64,000 nucleotides of DNA from assembly GCF_009914755.1 (NCBI RefSeq), contig NC_060936.1; one strand, given 5' to 3'. The position numbers and the translations under genes are program-made. Positions 39,862 through 52,530 of this stretch are shown here, one piece after another (within the stretch, counting starts at the first letter, position 1; every line of letters begins with the position of its first letter). A model generated the notes under the pieces. The model saw only the letters and a list, made by a program, of their open reading frames with translations, did not search any database and was not told the origin of the DNA. This stretch comes from the human T2T-CHM13v2.0 reference genome, Homo sapiens.

Positions 39862-42800
39862 GGGACTTCTAGATAAAGATGGCAGATTATGCAAATGTAT
39901 TTATATTCTCTTCCATCCAAAAGCCTATTAAAATGTTAGTAAAGGAATACAAATAGGTACAAATTCATAAGCTAAAATAAGAAAAAGAAATGGACATAAA
40001 CTGATAAAAGATTTCAACAATTTTTTTTTTTCAACAAACAACCCCAGATGAAAAGTGAAAACATGCTGACAGGTGAAAAGCATCCAAAGGGGTTAGCTTA
40101 GAGCAAAATAAAGAGGGTGGAGGGTTAGTGACAGCAATGGATATAGGTTGCCTGGAAGAACCATTGAGATGCTCAGAAATCTGAAAACTGAAATACCACA
40201 GGAGTGGGAGTGAGACATAAAGGCTAAAATGCAGAGGAAATCCATCAAAACTCTACTTATGAAACAGCTGATTTCACCACAATATAAGTTACAACCCCAG
40301 TCATGGCATTTGCTTTGCCCTAAAATATCAACAGAAAACCAAATATTCCCATACACTTGGAAAAACTTCTGAGTGTGAGACACTCTAATCAAAATAAACA
40401 AGAAAAGCTGATTACAAAATAGAAAGCCATATTATTTAAAAAAACAGACATTTTTGCAGAAATTCCAACACCCTTAGAAAGATTCAAGAATACAGTGCTT
40501 TCATTAGACAAGAACTGGATACTATGAAAAATGAACAAACTGAGATTTAAAAGGTTTGATTTTAAAAATATGATTGCCAACATAAAAAAGAGAAATACAT
40601 TTTAAAAACTCAGAAAAGTCTCCCAGAAGATGAAATAAAAATAGACAAAAAGATCAAACCAGTCATGAAGTCTTTGCCCATGCCTATGTCCTGAATGAAA
40701 AGCAATGGCAACAAAAGCCAAAATTGACAAATGGGATCTAATTAAAGAGCTTCTGCACAGCAAAAGAAACTATCATCAGAGTGAACAAGCAACCTACAGA
40801 ATGGGAGAAAATTTTTGCAATCTTTCCATCTGACAAAGGGCTAATATCCAGAATCTACAAAGAACTTAAACAAATTTCAAAAAAAAAAAAATCAAAAAGT
40901 GGGTGAAGGATGTAAACAGACACTTCTCAAAAGGATATTAAGGTGGCCAACAAATATATGAAAAAAAGCTCATCATCACTGGTCACTGGATAAATGCAAA
41001 TCAAAACCACAATGAAATACCATCTCACAACAGTTAGAATGGCGATCATTAAAAAGTCAGGAAACAACAGATGGTAGAGAGGATGAGGAGAAATAGGAAC
41101 GCTTTTACACTGTTGGTGGAAGTGTAAATTAGTTCAACCATTGTGGAAGACAGTGTGGCGATTCCTCAAGGATCTAGAACTAGAAATACCATTTGACCCA
41201 GCAATCCCATTACTGGGTATATATCCAAAGGATTATAAATTATTCTATTAAGACACATGCACACATATGTTTATTGAGGCACTATTCACAATAGCAAAGA
41301 CTTGGAACCAACCCAAATGCCCATCAATGATAGACTGGATAAAGAAAATGTTTCACATATGCACCATGGAATACTATGCAGCCATAAAAAACGATGAGTT
41401 CATGTCCTCTACAGGGACATGGATGAAGCTGGAAACCATCATTCTCAGCAAACTAACACGGGAACAGAAAACCAAATACCACATGTTCTCATTCATAAGT
41501 GGGAGGTGAACAATGAGAACACATGGACATAGGGTGGGGAACATCACACACCAGAGCCTGTCGGGGGGTGGGGGTCTGGGGGAGGGATAGCATTAGGAGA
41601 AATACCTAATGTAGAGGACACGTTGATGGGTGCAGCCAACCGCCATGGCATGTGTATACCTATGTAACAAACCTGCACGTTCTGCCCGTGTATCCTAGAA
41701 CTTAAAATATTTTTTAAAAAATAGATAATATTGGTTACTATTTTACTGTTAAAGATCAAACCAGGAAGACTAACAGATAATTAGTAGGAATTATGAAAAA
41801 TAAGTAACAAAACGGGAGGAAAGCAAATTGCTAATTTGAATGATAAAAGAGATTCTGTTCAATTGAAAGCCTTAAGATTTCAGATGGGAAGAGCCCACCA
41901 GTGGCTGTAAAATGACTTCTACCACGTGATCACGGCTCAAAGGAAAAAGCAGAAAGGAAAAGCAGATCATATCATCTGCAAAAGAATGAGAATCAAGCTG
42001 GCATTAAATTTCACATTAGCAATACTAAATGCTCAGGAAAAAGGAATAATGCCTTTAAAATTCTGAGGAAAACATATTTTTAAACTATATTCTCTATACC
42101 TAATTAAATTACTATACAGGTGTGAACATAGATCACATTTGCATGTACTGATTTTCACACATTCAAAGAATCAGAAAAGCTGCATCTCACATACAGTTTC
42201 TTAGGAATTGTGTTGAGTGTGTCTTTCAATAAAAGGCTGGAGTTCCACAAATGAGGAAAGCAGCCCAACAAAGAAGAGACAGTTGTATAGGAGGCCTAGA
42301 CAACAAGTACAGACAAGAGTAACAGGATGAAGCACTCTTCCCTGAAGTAGCTTCAGAAGAAGGAAGTTTCTGGAAAAATTTTAACCAAATCTCTGATGCA
42401 ATGGACAAAAAAGTTGGGCACGTAATAAAGGCAAATAGTACTTTTAAAAAGCCAGTTAGCAACTTCAGAAAAATTAAAAGCTGTACAAGACAGGAAATAT
42501 AACAGCACACTTCTTGACACTGTGATAAACAATACTGTTTTGAGTCCCCGTGTAAACACTATTCATTGATTTACAAAGTTACAGACAAAGATGATGGAAT
42601 TACAATTAGAGAGCAGAAGGCAAATCTTACTAATCTCAACATCATGTAGGAACAGCAAAAACGGAGGGAAGCAAATTGTTAATGTGAATGATAGAGGAGA
42701 GTTTGTATAGCTGAAATACAAGATTTCAGATCAGAAGAGCTCGCCAGTGGCTGTAAGAAGACTTCCATCTAGGATCATGACTTCAAGAAAAAAGCAGAAA

Positions 42801-43320
42801 GGAAAAGCAGGTTATCTGCCAAAGAATGAGGATCAAGCTGGCATTAAATTTCACATCAGCAATACTAGATGCTCAAGAAAAAGGAAGAATGCCTTTTTAT
42901 TGGGAGATGGAAGTGGAAGAAAAGGACTGAAAAGATGAGGACTCACAATAAATTGCTTACTGTTAAAGGAACAAATGTTTTCCTTACATAACCAATAAAG
43001 GTCTAAAATAGAAATATGACTAACGGGAGATATTGAGTGACTTAAGTTACATTCTCATCTGTCAGTGTAGGAAAACAAATATCATATATAAAACTAATAA
43101 CTCAAGAGTTATCAATGTAAGCATATTATTCAGAGATAGAGAGGTTACTAACCAAAAAATGCTATAAAAATTAAAAGTTACATGTGTGGAGAGACATTGA
43201 GGATAAGAGGAGTGGGACAGGAATGATTACTCTTCAGCTGGAGTGCTTTTGTCTTTTGTTATTGTTGTTATATGGAATTTTCTCTTTTTGATAAAATTTT
43301 TAAATGGTTAATATAAAAAC
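39862..43320 (+). mobile_element. Ancient L1M 5'/ORF1-type element, possibly HAL1, interrupted by an L1PA
   Basis: Starts GGGACTTCTAGATAAAGATGGCAG (L1M-like 5' end); A-rich degenerate ORF1 motifs (AAAAGAATGAGAATCAAGCTGGCATTAAATTTC); about 2.3 kb excluding the insert. Confidence 0.5.
40661..41721 (+). mobile_element. 5'-truncated L1PA (L1PA7-like) with a small 5' inversion
   Basis: ORF2 3' end and 3'UTR; 40661-40697 is antisense L1; TSD AAAGATCAAACCAG (40649-40662 / 41751-41764). Confidence 0.93.
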
Positions 43321-43754
43321 TCAAGTATACAAATGTTACTAAGACATGTGCAATCCACTATTAGACACAGTTGATCAAATTTATGTAAAACTTAAGCGAC
43401 AAAGTATTCTTCTACAATATATTTAATGCTGAACATGATTTCAGGACAGGGAGATGCTCACTTTATTTTGATAAACAGCCATTAATTCTCTAATGTTCAA
43501 ACCCAACAAGATGTAGAGTGTTCTCCAGTATCGCCTTCCATTTGGAGACATCTGTGCTCATTGATCTACAAAGGGCAGGGAATGCCTGATTATTTTATTA
43601 TGTCATTTGCTACTACAGGAATTATTCATGATCATTTACCAGCAAGCTGAGAACACGTGGGGCTGATATCTTGATTCAGAACACCAAGCCTAAAAGGGAT
43701 ACAAGTACTTAGTAAATTTAGAAGCCGATTCCACTCTACCACCAGCACCCCCTT

Positions 43755-43817
43755 CATCTTACCTTTAAACACATGCATTTATCACCATCTACCTTTAAAC
43801 ACATGCATTTATCACCA
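43755..43817. repeat. 30-bp period tandem duplication
   Basis: TACCTTTAAACACATGCATTTATCACCA at 43760-43787 and 43790-43817. Confidence 0.93.
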
Positions 43818-45183
43818 GAAACTGTATGTGCATTTTGCAAAGAATGTCCTTTTGTGCAGCAGAGAACAAAGGGATTTTTCTGCAAAACGATACTGAAACC
43901 TGATCACTGATGCATACTCTCTTGCCAGCATCTTGCCTATTGAATATCATCCCAGCCTATTATTCCCATATTGTTCTCTTTGGAAAACAAAAAGATGAGG
44001 AGTCCATTTAAAGTGCTCAAACAGCACCCTCTGCTGGTTGAGTTTAAGCTGAAGATTTGATGTGTAGCAGGGCTTAGTGACACATGGCAGAAAGAAGAAA
44101 AGAAAGCAAGGGAAAAACTGTAGACCAGGATGCATAAGGCAAACATAAATAGAACTCCATCAGTAATTTTGGTTACATATAAGGAAACGGATATTTTAGG
44201 CATCATAGCACATATATAGTGCAAAGACACTGTATTAATTCCTAATAGAATACTCCGTTCTTACAAAAAGAATATATTGAGCGACTTTGCATATTACCTT
44301 CAAGTTCTTTACTTTACAAAATAATTCACAAATTCCCCCAGTGAGTTCCTCTAGTGCTCTGAATATGTGGCATGACTTACACTCTATCTTTGGGTAACAT
44401 ATTAACTGTGCAAAACTAACTGCAAACTGTTTCTTAGGTCACAGACCAGGGCTCTTCATGATACCAGAGATACCTGCACTTACGTGACGTGTTTTTAAGT
44501 GTTTAGGAAACATTCAAAATTAATTTTTAATGTCTTGCTAATATGTAAGAAACAAGGGTTTGGAGATGGCAAGATTAATTTCTCCAACAAAGAAAAAAAT
44601 GAGTAGCATATGTTCTCCAGGGCAGGGGATCTGGAGATCTGTTTTGCTTAATATAGTATAAATTCTTAATATATTGAGTAGCAATTAAAAACAAGTGCAG
44701 TCTTACATTTTAGAAGAGTGGAGCTAGGATTTTTTTATATCTTTGACTAAAAATCAATTAGATATTCAGCTCTCCCTGCTTGCCCAGGGAGTGGAGTTCA
44801 CTTCCCATTCTCACTAAGCGTTGGTAGCAGAGAAAACAGTCAACAGATTTTAGACAGTTACATAGTGAGACACCCTACGGGCCTTTATTCTGTTTCCTCC
44901 AAAGTAAGAGCAGGGGAAATTTAAATGTCCACAGTCACCAAGCCATAAAGTACATGAACGGCACACACTGAGTTTGAGGAAAAGCACGTGATCCTCTTGG
45001 TCTATCTTTAATTTTTGGTGGAGACAACAATATCAAGAAACAATTATCCACTATAAGAAAAGCAACAGTGCAAATATGATGATAAACGATAACTGAAGCC
45101 TTGCTTTGATGTTAGGGAGAAAATTAGGAGTAGGAAGACTGATGAAATGGAGAGTGTGTGCCTCACTTAAACTGGCCAGATAC

Positions 45184-45513
<330 letters not shown>

Positions 45514-45699
45514 TCATTGCAGCCATGAAGCCCACAGGGACCAGGGTTGCCACATCATTTGATGATTCAAGAGGAGCTTGAAATCAGAATATTTACTCTT
45601 TGGGGCTCAAATCTTCACAAAAGAGTCTGTGAGCCAAAACAGAAAAATATTTACAAACTAAATTTATCCCATGGGCCAGCAGTGTCCAACTACCACAGA

Positions 45700-46340
45700 C
45701 TCAAAGTTCTTTCCTTCTGCCTCAGGGCCTTTGTACATGCTCATCATTCTTCCAGTAATTTTCTTCTCTCATTCCCCCTGCCTTCCTCCTAGTTAACTAC
45801 ACTCATCCCTCTGATATTGACTCAATTGCCACTGCCTCCAGGAAGTCTTTTCTGATCGCTAGATTAGGTTAGGCCTCCTTGTGATATGATCTCCCACTTT
45901 TCTGCATCTTTTCATCATAGCACATAGCACAGTTTGTAATTATATGTTTATTTGTATAATTTGAATTTTTTTCTCCTCCACCATGAGGTCAGAGGCCATG
46001 TCTCTGTTGTTCAGCAGCACATTGCCTATAATAAAGGAGGTATTGGTAAATAATTGCTAAATGAATGGTTAATAACTTTAAAGTAGCTCTTCATAGTCAT
46101 AGCTGGAGCTATTCGTCTGTGATTAATATCACAGGAACCCTTAGATTTGGGCATGAAGGTGGGAAGGTCTGGGTTTGAATCTTAAACAGCCTACTTACTG
46201 TCTGAGTAAGTTGCTGACCCTCCCAGAATTTGTCTCCTCATCTAAAAAAAATGGACCTCAGATTTGTGCTGAGGACATACCTAAATACTTTTACAGTACT
46301 AACACCTAGTAGTTGTTCAATAAATGCTAATTATTATTAT
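45700..46340 (+). mobile_element. L2 3' end (about 45700-46070) and MIR (about 46150-46340)
   Basis: CTCAGGGCCTTTGTACATGCT ... TTGCTAAATGAATG; CTGGGTTTGAATC ... CTCCTCATCTAAAAA. Confidence 0.6.
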
Positions 46341-48610
46341 TATCATTACCTTTAATATTAATAGTCTACTCACATTGACTTGCCCACATCCCATCTGGTC
46401 CCAGTGGTGAGAGTTTGACAGATCTGAAATAATAGTCCCATTTCCATGCTTTTGACCTCAGAAGAGCATTCTCCCAACTAATAACTAGACACAAATATCT
46501 GGACTCTACTCTGTATTCAGGAAATCAGGCCTGGAAGAGGTCTTATAATCCAGTGTTTTAATCATAGAATTTTATTTTAAGTCAGAAAGATTTATTCACC
46601 ACCGATATCTTTCCTGAGTGTGTAAGTGATCTAAATCAATCCCCTAATAACATGGGATATTTATCTTAGGCCCCACAACCTGCCAAGAGAGAGTTACAAA
46701 CTAAGATAGAACAATGGGCATATTATCCCTGAGGAAAACCATGTGATTCTCCGACGTAGGATGTCTGGGAAGGAGGCACTAGGTGTGAGTCACGGCATTG
46801 GAGCCAGGCTCACCTGGGCTCATGTTTTTTGTCACCTCAGCTCTGTAGTCTTGGCCAAATCATTAGGCCTTGCAGGTAAAACTAGGCTCATAAAACTTGC
46901 TGGGAGGGTTTTTTTCAAGATGGAAGAGAGTGTGTGGAACAGAGCCTGGCACATGGAATAGGTGCTCAATGAATGATACCTGCATAACCAAGGGGGATTT
47001 GAGCATTGAACTCATTGCCCACCACCACTTCCCCCAAATAAAATTCTATTTAGTCCACACAGAATAGTACAAACCACCACAGGCTGGGTTGTGTACTGTA
47101 AATCATATAAGATTTCAAACTTATTATGGAACAAATGAGACCATCTTTGAGACATTTAGGATCACAGATAAACTGGGCCAGAAATTTACCCATTATATAC
47201 AACCCTTTGTCCTCTCCTTCCACCGAAAAGCAAGGAGAAGTCTGACCTCACCCGTAGTGCTTCTCTGGAAGTCTGGCAGGGAAACCAGCCAACTATAGTC
47301 ACTAACCTACCACATAGTGGCTGTTTCCAGCATTTACATTCTAAGATCAGGTTGGTACCAGGTTCATCCTGTGACACAAATCTGGACCACTTTGTAACAA
47401 AATGTCCATGAGTCCCGCCTTTCATCATTTTCTTTTTTCTTTTTCAATGTCTTCATGATCCCAGAGACCTCACACCAGCTTCCCCAGCCCTTAGCCTCCC
47501 CCTCAAATTGAGCACAATACGGATAATCATCTATTGCTCCCAATGGAGAGCATCCACAGTTCTCAGTTATACCCACGTGGCAGCAGGCCCTGAGGCTGAC
47601 CCGGGTACCTGTTGGTCTTCCTGACCATGGGAACACAAAACCATAGTCAGATTTACCTTCGTTTTCCCAGAAATTGGAACGTAGAAGATGCTTGCTTGTA
47701 TCTGCCCACAAAAGGGACTATCTGTGGCTGATTTATCAGAGAGGAATTTATTCAAAGGATGTTGGGTGATTCCCAGAGTCTCCAGGAAGCTAGATCTGTG
47801 TGGCCAAAAACAAGGCCCCAAATAGAGCCAAGTGGGGTCACCCCTGCAGAACAGATGCTGCCCTGGCACCACCAACACCACCGCCACCTCCTCAGCTGCC
47901 TTGACTGTCCTCAGGAGCCAGCTGTGCTGCTGCTAAGAAACAGCTTTTTCTCTTCCCCATCTGCTCTGTACTACCTCCCTCCCAATTAAAAATCCAGGGC
48001 ATGTGCCCAGGCCTACCTGCAAGGGAAAATGGAAATGCGGCTATCTAGCACTATCAGCTTCTACCAGGAGATGGCCTCTTGCCCAAAAAGACTTACAAGG
48101 TAAAGAGTTTCTCCATGAGACAGGGTACAAGTCCTCGGCAGCCAGAATTATAACATGGCCAGTCGTTACTACACCTACTTCTGAACATTGACTGGAGTCC
48201 AGACTGTGTGATATTTGGTTTTCTTAGGGCTTACTACAGCAGCTGAAAATGACAGTGCTCAATATCTGTTTGTTGGAATTAGAATTAAAAAAAAGAACAG
48301 TGAATCTAATGCCACTGAGTTTCTTTTCCTCTGGGTCCCATGACATCCACTTTGATTCTCCGTGTTGTCCTAAACTTTTAAAGTGCCCAGACTCAGACTC
48401 GCTCTGCGCCACAGAGTGGATGCTGAGAACAGCACGCTGTAGGCACACCAGCCACACTCGAACCCCTTCCTCCAGCCTGATTGCTCGGCCAGAGCCCCAG
48501 AGCTGCCTGGCTTCCCTGTTCTTTGGCTTTGTCTTCTTCCCATCACCCCCTTGCCCTTTGGACTTCCTGACTGCATTTGGCTCACTTACTTTTTGACCCT
48601 GGGCTCTTTG

Positions 48611-48770
48611 CAGTGTTTCTCAACAGGGGCGTTGGTGCAGAACAATTCTTTGTGAAGCTGAACTGCCCTATGTGTTGCAGGACTTTTTAACATCTCTGGC
48701 CATGCTCATTAAAGGTTAAGACTGTTCTATGGTCATGGGAGGAAGATCCCCAGTGGAGAAGCCCTGCTTT
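48611..48770. mobile_element. hAT-Charlie MITE (MER20/MER5-like)
   Basis: CAGTGTTTCTCAAC start; AATTCTTTGTG ... CTGCCCTATGTGTTGCAGGA. Confidence 0.5.
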
Positions 48771-49042
48771 ATAAAGACTGCTCCCATTCACCCTGGGTTG
48801 CTCCTTGGTTGGGTCACTCCTTCCTACTCTGCACTCTGGACTTGAACCCAGCTACCTGCCCATCTTGACAGAATTCCACACCCATTTGGAGGGGGCAAAC
48901 TCAATCAAAGTTAGCATTGGGAGGAACTATTGGGTAATAACTGTACAGAGTCAGGGAGAACTGAACTTTTTTCCTCCTCTGATGTGTGATTTGCACAAAC
49001 AATCATTTTGAGCTCCAGATTCTTCATTTGTAAAATAAGAGG

Positions 49043-49150
49043 TGTCTTAGGTCAGGCTACCCAGGAGCAGAGCCTGAGACGGGGATTTTTTATTCAAATG
49101 AATTAATGGGGGAGTGCTCTTGGGAGAAAAGGAATGGGGAGAGCAGGTAA
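49043..49150 (-). mobile_element. LTR16-like (ERVL) fragment
   Basis: TGTCTTAGGTCAGGCTACCCAGGAGCAGAGCCTGAGACGGGGATT. Confidence 0.55.
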
Positions 49151-49536
49151 AATAGTTTTTACATTTGCAACAATATGCACATTGCCACATTACCTTCCAG
49201 AATGACTATAAGCATTTCTATGTTCCAGGTTCTATATGAGGATAAGACTGACTCTTCTTTTGACCGACACTGTGTAACTGTAAACTTTAATAGTGGAAAT
49301 GATGCATAGTGTTATTTTTAAATATTTCAAAGGAAACACTCATAGTTTAAATGACCCACATAATTCTGCTAATTGCTAACTAAATTTTTTCTGTATTTAT
49401 AACATTGGTTATCATAGACACTTTGAAAATACTGGTCTAAAAATTATATCTGAGAATACATTATGATTAATGTCCAATTTTAGATTTATAAAATAGGTTT
49501 TTAATAATAAAAGTTGATATTAATATGACTGTCTGG

Positions 49537-49822
49537 GGCTGGGCACAGTGGCTCACGCCTGTAATCCCAGCACTTTGGGAGGCAAAGGTGGGTGGATCAC
49601 GAGGTCAGGGGTTTAAGACCAGCCTGGCCAAGATGGTGAAACCCTATCTCTACTAAAAATACAAAAAATTAGCCGGGCATGGTGGTGGGTGCCTGTAATC
49701 CCAGCTACTCGGGAGGCTGAGGCAGAGAATTACTTGAACCCGGGAAGTGGAGGTTGCAGTGAGCCAAGATGGCACCACTGCGCTCCAGCCTGGGCAACAG
49801 AGTGAGACTCCATCTTAAAAAC

Positions 49823-49887
<65 letters not shown>

Positions 49888-49909
49888 ATTTATGTATATA
49901 TGTGTGTGG

Positions 49910-49957
<48 letters not shown>
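49537..49957 (+). mobile_element. AluS whose tail has become a (TA)n(TG)n(TA)n compound microsatellite
   Basis: Alu dimer 49537-49821; microsatellite 49823-49957; ATATGACTG on both flanks. Confidence 0.92.
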
Positions 49958-50479
49958 GACTGATGCTTAGGTTTTAACCTAGATCATGAGATAAACAGAC
50001 TGTCAATCATATTTGCTGCTCACCCACTAGTTAACAAATCAGAAATTATTAATAATCAAAAATTGAAAATTTGTCCAAGCAAACAGAAGGAAAGAAAAAT
50101 CTAAAAATACTATATGAAATGATAATTGCATTCAGTAAGCAGACAAATAATTTTGGCATTAGGAAATTTAGAGTTTGTTCCCAGCTTTGTCACTGATTTG
50201 CTGGCCTTTGAGGAGTTACTTAAGTGTGCCATAAAACAGAGAAATAGAAATGACCCCTGCATTTCTACTCTCCTGCACCCTTGGCCTAATATTGCACCAG
50301 ATTTTGTAAGTTTCTTAGAAACTATCTGCCAAGCACTTTGAACTCCTTGAAGACGGGTACTTTATAAAAAGAATTTCAGCCTATGGGTTCCTGGGCTAGT
50401 TAAATAAGTTTATCATGTTTTTTTTTCTTTTTTCTTTTGTTTCCAGCCATCGTACAGCTTAAGGCATTTCATGTTTCTT

Positions 50480-50858
50480 TTTTTTTTTTTTTATACTTTA
50501 AGTTCTAGGGTACATGTGCACAAAGTGCAAGTTCGTTACCTATGTATACATGTGCCATGTTGGTGTGCTGCACCCGTTAACTCTTCATTTACATTAGGTA
50601 TATCTCCTAATGCTATCCCTCCCTCTCCCCCCACACCACAACAGGCCCCAATGTGTGATGTTCCCCACCCTGTGTCCAAGTGTTCTCATTGTTCAATTCC
50701 CACCTATGAGTGAGAACATGCAGTGTTTGGTTTTCTGTCCTTGCGATAGTTTGCTCAGAATGATGGTTTCCAGCTTCATCCATGTCCCTGTACAGGACAT
50801 GAACTCATCATTTTTTATGGCTGCATAGTATTCCACAGTGTATATGTGCCACATTTTC
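50480..50858 (-). mobile_element. L1PA 3' end fragment (about 380 bp)
   Basis: Poly-T, TATACTTTAAGTTCTAGGGTACATGTGCAC ... TATATGTGCCACATTTTC. Confidence 0.95.
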
Positions 50859-51085
50859 TTTTTTTTTTTTCCAGTAGGAATGAATTTGTAATTTTGGGGG
50901 TAACACATTTACCTTGAGCTAAGTAGAGATAGATGAAAAAGAATTTGCAGTAAGAAAGTAAATAATCCCTAAACTAGCTATCTTCTGGGAAATATATACA
51001 ATTTTAAACAGTAAAATGGTTTTCTACCAAGTAAATTATATAGCAGAAAAATACACTTAAATTTGGATTTAAGTTTTTCCCTCGA

Positions 51086-52196
51086 TTCTTTTTTTTTTCT
51101 TTCTTTTTTTTATTATTATTATACTTTAAGTTTTAGGATACATGTGCACAACATGCAGGTTTGTTACATATGTATACATGTGCCATATTGGTGTGCTACA
51201 CCTATTAACTCGTCATTTAGCATTAGGTATATCTCCTAATGCTATCCCTCCCCCCTCCCCCCACCCCACAACAGTCCCCAGTGTGTGATGTTCCCCTTCC
51301 TGTGTCCATGTGTTCTCATTGTTCAATTCCCACCTATGAGTGAGAATATGCGGTGTTTGGTTTTTTGTCCTTGCGATAGTTTGCTGAGAATGATGGTTTC
51401 CAGCTTCATCCATGTCCCTACAAAGGACATTAACTCATCATTTTTTATGGCTGCATAGTATTCCATGGTGTATATGTGCCACATTTTCTTAATCCAGTCT
51501 ATCATTGATGGACATTTGGGTTGGTTCCAAGTCTTTGCTTTTGTGAATAGTGCCGCAATAAACACACGTGTGCATGTATCTTTATAGCAGCATGATTTAT
51601 AATCCTTTGGATATATACCCAGTAATGGGATGGCTGGGTCAAATGGTATTTCTAGTTCTAGATCCTTGAGGAATCGCCACACTGTCTTCCACAATGGTTA
51701 AACTAGTTTACAGTCCCACCAACAGTGTAAAAGCATTCCTATTTCTCCACATCCTCTCCAGCACCTATTTTTTCCTGACTTCTTAATGATTGCCATTCTA
51801 ACTGGTGTGAGCTGGTATATCATTGTGGTTTTGATTTGCATTTCTCTGATGGCCAGTGATGGTGAGCATTTTTCCATGTGTCTGTTGGCTGCATAAATGT
51901 CTTCTTTTGAGAAGTGTCTGTTCATATCCTTTGCCCACTTTTTGATGGGGTTGTTTGATTTTTTCTTGTAAATTTGTTTAAGTTCTTTGTAGATTCTGGA
52001 TATTAGCCCTTTGTCAGATGGGTAGATTGTAAAAATTTTCTCCCATTCTGTAGGTTGCCTGTTCACTCTGATGGTAGTTTCTTTTGCTATGCAGAAGTTC
52101 TTTAGTTTAATTAGATCCTATTTGTCAATTTTGGCTTTTGTTGCCATTGCTTTTGGTGTTTTAGTCATGAGGTCCTTGCCCATGCCTATGGCCTGA
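51086..52196 (-). mobile_element. 5'-truncated L1PA (L1PA5/6-like), about 1.1 kb
   Basis: ORF2 C-terminal peptides in the ORF track ([11 protein letters not shown]...; WKTVWRFLKDLELEIPFDPAIPLLGIYPKDYK...); 3'UTR; poly-T tail. Confidence 0.96.
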
Positions 52197-52237
52197 AAGG
52201 CATCTCATGTTTCTTAAAAAATTATTGTACAAGAGAC

Positions 52238-52530
52238 GGCCAGGCGCGGTGGCTCACGCCTGTAATCCCTGCACTTTGGGAGGCCAAGGCAGGCAGATCA
52301 TGAGGTCAGGAGATCGAGACCATCCTGGCTAACACAGTGAAACCCCGTCTCTACTAAAAATACAAAAAAAAATCAGCCAGGCGTGGTGGCGGGTACCTGT
52401 AGTCCCAGCTACTCAGGAGGCTGAGGCAGGAGAATGGTGTGAACCCTGGAGATGGAGCTTACAGTGAGCCAGAGATCACACCACTGCACTCCAGCCAGGG
52501 CAACAGAGCAAGACTCCATCTCAAAAAAAA
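52238..52530 (+). mobile_element. AluY-like, full length
   Basis: GAGATCGAGACCATCCTGGCTAAC; 20-bp TSD AAAATTATTGTACAAGAGAC (52218-52237 / 52531-52550). Confidence 0.95.

Noticed and set aside
50417-50465. Strong-looking splice acceptor (polypyrimidine tract + TTCCAG)
   Set aside because: No nearby GT donor or coherent reading frame; T-rich tracts are common in this window.
51323-52066. 122- and 123-aa ORFs
   Set aside because: Broken L1 ORF2 C-terminal fragments of a 5'-truncated element.
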